This document shows, piece by piece, positions 57,036-64,000 of a stretch of 64,000 bases of DNA. The DNA is from Longimicrobiales bacterium (GTDB lineage: Bacteria; Gemmatimonadota; Gemmatimonadetes; Longimicrobiales; Gaopeijiaceae): the NCBI GenBank assembly GCA_965248195.1, contig CBDFIQ010000001.1, forward strand, positions 1,088,001 through 1,152,000, given 5' to 3'. Below the pieces are notes generated by a model. The model ran no database searches, was not told where the DNA came from, and saw only the letters and a list, made by a program, of their open reading frames with translations. The translations under genes and the position numbers were made by a program. The stretch's first letter is position 1. The number at the start of each line of letters is the position of its first letter.

Positions 57036-58220
57036 CTAGTTCGGCCTCGCCACGCCGGTCGACCCCATCGGCGCCGGCCCCATGCCTCTATAGAGGTGCT
57101 TCTGGACCCGCTTCCCTTCGTAGGTCTCCGTGGTGTAGATGTTTCCGTCCGAGTCGGTTGCGATGCTGTGCGCTCCGTAGAACTGGCCGGGGGTACGCCC
57201 GCCGTCGCCGAAGTTGTACACGTACTCGAGCCCTTCGCGTCTGATGACGTGGATCTTTTCGTTCATGCCGTCGACGACATACATGAACGTTTGAGCCGGA
57301 TCGGGTGAGAAAGCCACGTCCCATACGGCCCCGGCGCCCCGCGTGGCCCTCTCGATGAAGATCTCATCCACGAATGTGCCGTCCTTCTGAAAGACCTGGA
57401 CTCGGTCTGACCCACGGTCGCAGACGTACACCAAGTCATCGTCGGCCGGATCGGCGCAGTGCACCGGACCGCGGAACTGCTGGGTCGCCATGGTGGCGTC
57501 ATAGTCTCCGAGGTTGTCGTCGCTCGGTACATTGCCGTAGGCACCCCAGAATCGCTTGAGGTCACCGTTCGTCGCGTCGATGACCGCGACCCGCTTGTTC
57601 CCGTAGCCGTCGGCGAGGTACATCTCGTTGGCGGGGCCGTCGAAGCTGACCTTGGCCACCCGTGAAAAGTGGTTCGTGGCGTTGCTGTTGACATCATGGC
57701 CCGACTCACCTACCTGCATCAAGAAATCTCCGGCGCGGGAGAACTTCAAGACGTGCGAGTCTCCAGCCCCATTCCCGCCGATCCAAACGTTGTCCATGTG
57801 GTCGACGACAATACCGTGATTCGACGTCGGCCAGTCGTATCCTTGACCCGGGCCGCCCCAGGAATTGACCAGGTTGCCCTCGGCATCGAACTCGAGAACG
57901 GGCGGCGCCGCGAAGCAGCACTCCTCGGCGCTCGGCGGATCGAGGGCCGCGGGTATCTCGTTGTTCGCCAGATTCCCTCGGTGGATGATCCACACGTGAT
58001 TCCGCGAGTCCACCCCCACGCCGATCGTCGAGCCGAGCAGCCAATGATTCGGCAGCGGCTTCGGCCAGAACGGATCCACCTCGAACATCGGGGCCATCGA
58101 CCCGTCGGCGACCGCCGGATCGGACGCCATATCCATGGGCGCTCCGGCTTCGGCGGCGCCGCCACAGGCGGCGCAAAGGATGATAAGGGCAGCTGCGGCT
58201 GGATACTTGGACGGCATCAT
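57036..58220 (-). CDS. NHL-repeat beta-propeller lipoprotein, copy A
   Basis: Lipobox; FEVDPFWPKPLP, NHGIVVD, ADGYGNKRV, HSIATDS. Confidence 0.85.
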   Translation of the reverse strand: MMPSKYPAAAALIILCAACGGAAEAGAPMDMASDPAVADGSMAPMFEVDPFWPKPLPNHWLLGSTIGVGVDSRNHVWIIHRGNLANNEIPAALDPPSAEECCFAAPPVLEFDAEGNLVNSWGGPGQGYDWPTSNHGIVVDHMDNVWIGGNGAGDSHVLKFSRAGDFLMQVGESGHDVNSNATNHFSRVAKVSFDGPANEMYLADGYGNKRVAVIDATNGDLKRFWGAYGNVPSDDNLGDYDATMATQQFRGPVHCADPADDDLVYVCDRGSDRVQVFQKDGTFVDEIFIERATRGAGAVWDVAFSPDPAQTFMYVVDGMNEKIHVIRREGLEYVYNFGDGGRTPGQFYGAHSIATDSDGNIYTTETYEGKRVQKHLYRGMGPAPMGSTGVARPN

Positions 58221-58344
58221 GTCCCCCTTTTGGTTCTAGGTATATCGCTGAGGGTGGGGACATGACGTGCCGGGCGCAAGTACCCCTAGGGATCAACCCA
58301 CCAAATCCCTCGCATCGCGCCCATCTCCATTTACGTAGCGGCGA

Positions 58345-59529
58345 TCAATTCGGCCTGACCACGCCCACGGACCCACTGGGTGCCGGCCCCATTCCCATGT
58401 AGACGAACTTCTGGACGCGCTTACCCTCGTAAGTCTCCGTCACGAATATGTTACCGCGGGAGTCGGTCGCGACGCTGTGCGCTCCGTAGAACTGGCCTGG
58501 GGTACGGCCGCCATCACCGAAGTTGTACAGGTATTGCAGCCCCTCGCGCCTGATGACGTGGACCTTCTCGTTTACGCCGTCCGTCATGTAGATGAACGAC
58601 TGGGCCGGATCCGGAGAGAAGGCCACATCCCACGCGGAGCCAGAACCCAGGGTATTTCCCGCGACGATGATCTCGTCAACAAAGGTGCCGTCCTTCTGGA
58701 ACACTTGAATCCGATCACCGGGGCGGTCACAGACGTACACGAACCCGTCGTCCGTGGGGTCGGCGCAGTGGACCGGATTGCGGAACTGCTGAGACGGGGG
58801 TGCACTGGGATCGTAGGCCCCGAGGTCGTCGTCGTTCGGTACGTTGCCGTAGGCGCCCCAGAATCGCTTGAGATCACCGGTGGTTGCGTCGATGACGGCG
58901 ACCCGCTTGTTGCCGTAGCCGTCGGCCAAGTACATCTCGTTGGCTCCGGCGTCGAACCTGAGCTTGGCCACCCGCGAGTAGTGGTTCCTGGCGTTGCTGT
59001 CGATGCCGTAGCCCGACTCTCCCACCTGCATCAGGAAGTCGCCGCTGCGGCTGAACTTCAAGACGTGCGAGTCGCCAGCACCGTTCCCTCCAATCCACAC
59101 GTTGTCCATATCGTCCACGACGATGCCGTGATTCGACGTCGGCCAGTCGTATCCGGAGCCCGGACCACCCCAGGACCCGACCAGGTTGCCCTCGGCATCG
59201 AGCTCGAGAACGGGCGGCGCTGCGAAACAGCAATCCTCGGCGACCGGCGGATCGAGCGCCGCCGGTATCTCGTTGTTCGCCAGGTTACCCCGGTGGATGA
59301 TCCATATGTGATCGCGGGAGTCCACCGCTACACCGATCGTCGAACCGAGCAGCCAATGATTCGGAAACGGCTTGGGCCACAGTGGATCGACCTCGAAGAT
59401 CGGCGCCATAGAGCCGTCGGTGACCGCCGGATCGGACGCCATGTCCATCGGCGCCCCGGCTTCGGCGGCGCCGCGACAGGCGGCGCAAAGGACGATAAGG
59501 GCAGCTGCTACTGGATACTTGGACGGCAT
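58345..59529 (-). CDS. NHL-repeat beta-propeller lipoprotein, copy B
   Basis: Close paralog of copy A. Confidence 0.85.
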   Translation of the reverse strand: MPSKYPVAAALIVLCAACRGAAEAGAPMDMASDPAVTDGSMAPIFEVDPLWPKPFPNHWLLGSTIGVAVDSRDHIWIIHRGNLANNEIPAALDPPVAEDCCFAAPPVLELDAEGNLVGSWGGPGSGYDWPTSNHGIVVDDMDNVWIGGNGAGDSHVLKFSRSGDFLMQVGESGYGIDSNARNHYSRVAKLRFDAGANEMYLADGYGNKRVAVIDATTGDLKRFWGAYGNVPNDDDLGAYDPSAPPSQQFRNPVHCADPTDDGFVYVCDRPGDRIQVFQKDGTFVDEIIVAGNTLGSGSAWDVAFSPDPAQSFIYMTDGVNEKVHVIRREGLQYLYNFGDGGRTPGQFYGAHSVATDSRGNIFVTETYEGKRVQKFVYMGMGPAPSGSVGVVRPN

Positions 59530-59608
59530 CGTGACCCCCTTTTGGTGTTAGGTACATCGGTGAGGGTGCGGTCAATGCGTGACAGGCGCAAGTACCCGTA
59601 GGGAGCCG

Positions 59609-60424
59609 TCAGTGGGTCAGCGCATAAATGATGTAGTTCACACCGAGCCTGTACGCGTCGTTCGTGGGATCGACCGCGAAGAGTCCTGATGCGGACCCCT
59701 CCCAGTACTCCGCCAGGTCCGAGTTGTGGTTGGCCAGGACCATCACACGCTTCCTCGGATCATTGTCCTCGAAGATGGCCATGTATCGCGGCTCCACGGC
59801 CACAAACGGGTGGGACACATAAATGTCTTCGACGTAGAAAAACGTCCCGAAGATCGGATGCGTATCGTCCAATTCGACCCATTCCCGTTCCGGAAGTGCT
59901 CGAAGTAGCTGGGCATCCATGTTGTACCACTGGTCTGCCTCGAAGTCGTCGAAGATGAGGAAGCCGCCCTTTAGTAGGTAGTTCCGGAGATTCAAGGCTC
60001 CCTCCTCGGAAATACTCCAATAGCCCGGCTCCGATATGTAGATGAGCGGGTGCAGGAACATTCGAGTGTCCTCGAGAAGGACCACGTTGCTCCCGTTCGT
60101 GTTGGGAGACATCGCGGTGAACTCGTCCAGGATGGTCTGCATGTTCCGGTCCGCATCCGGATAGTCATGGGACCAAGACGAGCCCCCAAATCTTCGAAAG
60201 CCTGGCCCGCCGTACCGGATGCGAGTGAACGTAAAGTGCCCGTTGTATGGAACCTGGTAGAGCGGGTCGTCCTGGACCGCGCCGATCGCCCCGGCCGTCA
60301 TGAGAGCCGAGAGGACACCCGCCAACAGGTTGCGTCCCGGCCCACCAAGCGTAGCCACGCCTAGGCCCCCGTCACGTTCCACGCACCGGAAGCGAAACGT
60401 GGAGGTGATCCGCCGAACCGACAT
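59609..60424 (-). CDS. DUF4159 domain protein
   Basis: WSHDYP.AD, LRNYLLKGGFLIFDDF, LGVNYIIYALTH. Confidence 0.85.
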   Translation of the reverse strand: MSVRRITSTFRFRCVERDGGLGVATLGGPGRNLLAGVLSALMTAGAIGAVQDDPLYQVPYNGHFTFTRIRYGGPGFRRFGGSSWSHDYPDADRNMQTILDEFTAMSPNTNGSNVVLLEDTRMFLHPLIYISEPGYWSISEEGALNLRNYLLKGGFLIFDDFEADQWYNMDAQLLRALPEREWVELDDTHPIFGTFFYVEDIYVSHPFVAVEPRYMAIFEDNDPRKRVMVLANHNSDLAEYWEGSASGLFAVDPTNDAYRLGVNYIIYALTH

Positions 60425-61133
60425 GGTGGAGACTACGGAAGCCCATGATCCGGAAGTAGGCCACGGTCAGGGCATTCCTCCTCGGACTGCGGCCCACGGT
60501 GCGGAGATCCATCGCATGGACATACCGGTCCTCGAGCTTGAAGTGGAGGGAGACCTCATTGATGGGGAGACCCATAGCGAGGTAATCCTCTGCCGATCGC
60601 TCCAGATCCGTGACAACCGCGTTTCGGTCGAAAAGGAAGTAGGTGCTGGCTGCGAGTCTCATGAGTGGATGCAGAGATTTGTAATCGTCCCGGAGATCGG
60701 GATCTTTCGCGTTGGCGGAGGAGAAGTAGAGGAGCCCGTACAAGCTGTATCCCGCGACGACGGCGATCAGCACCGGCCGCACGATTCGAGACAAACGGGC
60801 CTCGCCGGTGATGCTGCGCCAGAGCCATGACGCGTACGCGGAAAAGACCACGACCGTGCCAAACATGCCCAGCCCGATCGACGACCAAGTGCCCCAACCC
60901 AGGCTCTGATACGCGAACATCGATCCTCGGACCAGAACAAAAAACGGCAGAGACAGCACGACGATCCATTTGACGGCAGGCCACCCCCAACGTCGTCCCC
61001 AACGCAGTCCGTACCGCAGTCCGAGGCCCCGGTAGCGCCTTAAGTAGCTGGCGGCCTCCTGCCAGGGACGCTTCTCCTTCGGCAAGACCTCGCCGGGGTC
61101 CACGTCAAGTACGCTCTCCTGCTCCTCGTCCAT
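60372..61133 (-). CDS. hypothetical membrane protein
   Basis: AGGAG before ATG 61133; three TM segments; C-terminal HAMDLR and H.GSADHLHVS. Confidence 0.65.
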   Translation of the reverse strand: MDEEQESVLDVDPGEVLPKEKRPWQEAASYLRRYRGLGLRYGLRWGRRWGWPAVKWIVVLSLPFFVLVRGSMFAYQSLGWGTWSSIGLGMFGTVVVFSAYASWLWRSITGEARLSRIVRPVLIAVVAGYSLYGLLYFSSANAKDPDLRDDYKSLHPLMRLAASTYFLFDRNAVVTDLERSAEDYLAMGLPINEVSLHFKLEDRYVHAMDLRTVGRSPRRNALTVAYFRIMGFRSLHHVGSADHLHVSLPVRGT

Positions 61134-61302
61134 CCCGCTCTCCTGCACCTTTGTCACCGTACGCCCAGCCCCCGTAGACGCGGGGGGTCGATGCACCTTA
61201 CTCTGCTCGTGCCATGCACCGCCAGGCGCCTCGTTGTACGGTTTTAAGACTCGAAGGCTCCGCCCCGGGGATCGAGGAGACCCCGTCCGACCCAGAGGTC
61301 CG

Positions 61303-62592
61303 ATGCATTCAAGGCTGCCTGACCCCTTTCCGCCGATCCTGATGAGCCGCGCCGATTGGGCATCAGGTGTTGCTTCGACAGGTGCTGGAAAAGAGCTCAA
61401 AGCCCTGTGGTTGGGGGCCGCGATCATGAACGCGCTCGGCTTGCCAGTCGGCTGGCTGGCGCTCTTCGGTGGCCAAACTTTGCCGCTGTACATCCAGGTG
61501 GTGCTTCCCGTATTCACTCTGGTGGGCCTGCATGTGTTATTCGTGGCCGTGAGGGATTCCCTTCGCTGGCGCCGCTTCGGTCGCCTCCAGATGACCCTCG
61601 ATCCGCTCCCGGGCTCGATCGGGGGACACGTGGGCGGAATGCTCGAGCTTCCGTTTCATCAGGCCGCAGCTGCGGATTTCCGAGTGGTGCTGATATGTAT
61701 CAGGGACCGGTTGGTGCGGACGAGTGAGGGCTCCAACCGTAGCGACTCGGTGGAGTGGGCCAGGGAGATGGTTCCGGACGTGGAGCGGTCGGGGAGGGGC
61801 GTCCGGCTCCGATACACCTTCGAGGTTCCGGAGGGGTTACCCCAGTCCGAAGAGCCGTCGGACGCCTACCACAGGTGGGTCATTCGCGTCCAAGCCGACG
61901 TGCCAGGCCCGGACCTCGATCAGGTGTTCGAGGTCCCGGTACTTCTCATGGATCCGCCATTGGAGGCCCGGGAGCCGGCGTTGTCTGAGGTCACGGCCGC
62001 GGATGTCCCCGAGTTGGCGCCTCGGGTCGTACGGGTGCACAGGGGCCGCGGGAGGCTGACCCTTTCCTTCCCATCTGGCCGAGGGGGTGTTGGCGGGATC
62101 ATGCTTCTGGCCTTCGGGGCCGTGTTCGCGGGTGCGGGCCTGTTCGCGTTCATGAGCACGAGTGACATCGGGGCGGGCGGTCTGATCGGGGGCGTCACGG
62201 TCGCCTTCGGCGGGTTTTTCCTCCTGATTTTCGGAGGCTTTGGCGCACTCATGATGTTCCTGGGTTTCTACTCTCTGGTGAACTCCTTGGTCGTGGAAAT
62301 CGGCAACGGCAAGGTGGTCGCTCGCAGGAGCTTCTTTCTCCCGTTCCGGCGGACAGCCCGTTTCGAAGAGTTTCAGAAGATCGAGATGGACGTGCACAGC
62401 CGCGTCGGACAAGGGGCGAAGTCGTCGGCCCACGTGAGGATTCGTGGGTTCCTACGTGGGGGGAGGCGCATTTCACTGGGTGATGACGTACCTTTGGGCC
62501 GCCAGTCGGAGATCCTTGCCGCCCTGCTCGAGGAGGCGATAGGGATTCCGGTAGAGACCGTGAAACGATCAAGACCGAGGTTACGCTCATGA
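61303..62592 (+). CDS. hypothetical membrane protein (start uncertain)
   Basis: Two TM pairs around a beta-rich domain; ATGA overlap with the next gene. Confidence 0.65.
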   Translation: MHSRLPDPFPPILMSRADWASGVASTGAGKELKALWLGAAIMNALGLPVGWLALFGGQTLPLYIQVVLPVFTLVGLHVLFVAVRDSLRWRRFGRLQMTLDPLPGSIGGHVGGMLELPFHQAAAADFRVVLICIRDRLVRTSEGSNRSDSVEWAREMVPDVERSGRGVRLRYTFEVPEGLPQSEEPSDAYHRWVIRVQADVPGPDLDQVFEVPVLLMDPPLEAREPALSEVTAADVPELAPRVVRVHRGRGRLTLSFPSGRGGVGGIMLLAFGAVFAGAGLFAFMSTSDIGAGGLIGGVTVAFGGFFLLIFGGFGALMMFLGFYSLVNSLVVEIGNGKVVARRSFFLPFRRTARFEEFQKIEMDVHSRVGQGAKSSAHVRIRGFLRGGRRISLGDDVPLGRQSEILAALLEEAIGIPVETVKRSRPRLRS

Positions 62593-63932
62593 TTAAGCAA
62601 CGGACGCTTCTCTCGCCCCTCTTCGCAGGCTGGGTCTTCGCCGGCCTCGCCATGGGTCTCCTCGCGGGTCTCGTCGCGGATCTCGCCCTTCCCGGGATGG
62701 TGTCGGCCGCCCAGGGGAGAGGGTCCGCCGGTCAGACTGGAGTGACGGCGCTCGTCGGTGCCCGTATCTGGGACGGAACCGGTGCGGCGGCCATCCCCGA
62801 CGGCGTGATGCTCGTTCGGGATGGGCGGATCATGTACGTGGGGTCGCGCGGCGCTGTGCCGGTTCCGGACGGCGCCACGGTGGTGAATCTCAATGGCCGA
62901 ACGATCATTCCGGGTCTGATCAACACGCACGGACATGTGAGTGACGTGGTGGGCTTGCAGGGCGGGCAGTACAACACCCGCAATCTGATTCGCCAACTCC
63001 GGCTCTACGGCGAGTACGGAGTCACCACCGTGACCAGCTTGGGTGGAGACGGACCGGAGGCCATCGCACTCCGGGACGCGCAGTCGATGCCTGGTCTGGA
63101 TCGGGCTCGGATCTTCGTCGCCGGCGCTGTGGTGAGCGGCACCACCGTCTCGGAGGCACTCGCCCAGGTCCAGCAGAATGCCGATATGAATGTCGACTGG
63201 ATGAAGCTCCGGGTGGACGACAACCTGGGCAACTCCCAGAAGATGTCCCCGGAGATCTACTCGGCCATCATCGACCGCAGCCACGAGCTCGGCCTGCGGC
63301 TGGCTTCCCACCTCTTTTACCTGGACGACGCCAAGGCGCTCATGAGAGCCGGTACGGACTTCATCGCGCACAGCGTACGGGACAGGGGTGTCGACGACGA
63401 GTTCCTGGGGATGCTCGCCCAGAGCGGTATTTGCTACACGCCGACGTTGACGCGCGAGGTCTCCACTTACGTCTACGAAAACCGCCCGGACTTCTTCGAC
63501 GATCCATTCTTCCTTTCGCATGCCGACCCAGCGGTGCTCGAGCAGCTCCAGGAACCGGACCGTCAAGCCAGATACGCCAGGGCGCAGGGGTACAAAGCGG
63601 CGCTGGAGGTGGCCTTGAGGAATCTCAAGACGATCTCGGATGCCGGTTTACCGGTCGTGATGGGCACCGATACCGGGCCGGCGGCGCGGTTCCAGGGCTA
63701 TTTCGAGCACATGGAGCTCGATCTCATGGCCGAAGCGGGCCTCACGCCGGAGCAGATTCTCCGATCGGCGACCGGGGTGGCCGCCGAGTGTCTGCGTCTG
63801 GACGACGAGATCGGAACGCTACGACCCAATCGGTGGGCCGACTTCCTCGTTCTGACCGAGAATCCGTTGGAGGACATCCGAAACGCACGGAGCATCGAGT
63901 CGGTGTGGATTGCGGGAGAGGCGCTGCGGTAA
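62589..63932 (+). CDS. amidohydrolase family protein
   Basis: PGLINTHGH, MGTDTG, ADFLVL..NPL.DI. Confidence 0.9.
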   Translation: MIKQRTLLSPLFAGWVFAGLAMGLLAGLVADLALPGMVSAAQGRGSAGQTGVTALVGARIWDGTGAAAIPDGVMLVRDGRIMYVGSRGAVPVPDGATVVNLNGRTIIPGLINTHGHVSDVVGLQGGQYNTRNLIRQLRLYGEYGVTTVTSLGGDGPEAIALRDAQSMPGLDRARIFVAGAVVSGTTVSEALAQVQQNADMNVDWMKLRVDDNLGNSQKMSPEIYSAIIDRSHELGLRLASHLFYLDDAKALMRAGTDFIAHSVRDRGVDDEFLGMLAQSGICYTPTLTREVSTYVYENRPDFFDDPFFLSHADPAVLEQLQEPDRQARYARAQGYKAALEVALRNLKTISDAGLPVVMGTDTGPAARFQGYFEHMELDLMAEAGLTPEQILRSATGVAAECLRLDDEIGTLRPNRWADFLVLTENPLEDIRNARSIESVWIAGEALR

Positions 63933-64000
63933 GGCCAAACGCTCCTGGCCCGGGCGGTCCCTGGGCTGAAGCCTTGCGGCCCAACAGGGCTTTGGATCTA

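Overview
GC-rich bacterial window; the gene content suggests Gemmatimonadota (inference). Positions ~0.8-25.3 kb are a decayed, rearranged chromosomal integron. It contains a doubly broken intI, a probable attI lying 3' of intI, and at least 8 related attC sites in two oppositely oriented cassette arrays. It has been invaded by 3 IS110/IS1111-type elements, 3 IS3-family elements, 4 IS256 copies and 2 IS481 remnants. The most striking system is the IS110/IS1111 element. All three copies sit at the same TG dinucleotide in the L' arm of attC sites. Its 327-nt 3' non-coding end holds two stem-loops whose flanking segments match the attC target (GATTCTG / AGCAGA) and the element's own circle junction (ATAGATG / AAGATC). 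This reads as a bridge/seek RNA programmed against this integron's attC sites. Positions 25-64 kb are mostly ordinary metabolic and envelope genes, with two tandem gene duplications, a 22-bp VNTR, a frameshifted gene and a fifth IS256. No rRNA, tRNA or CRISPR array was seen. Product calls rest on motif recognition only; no database searches were run.
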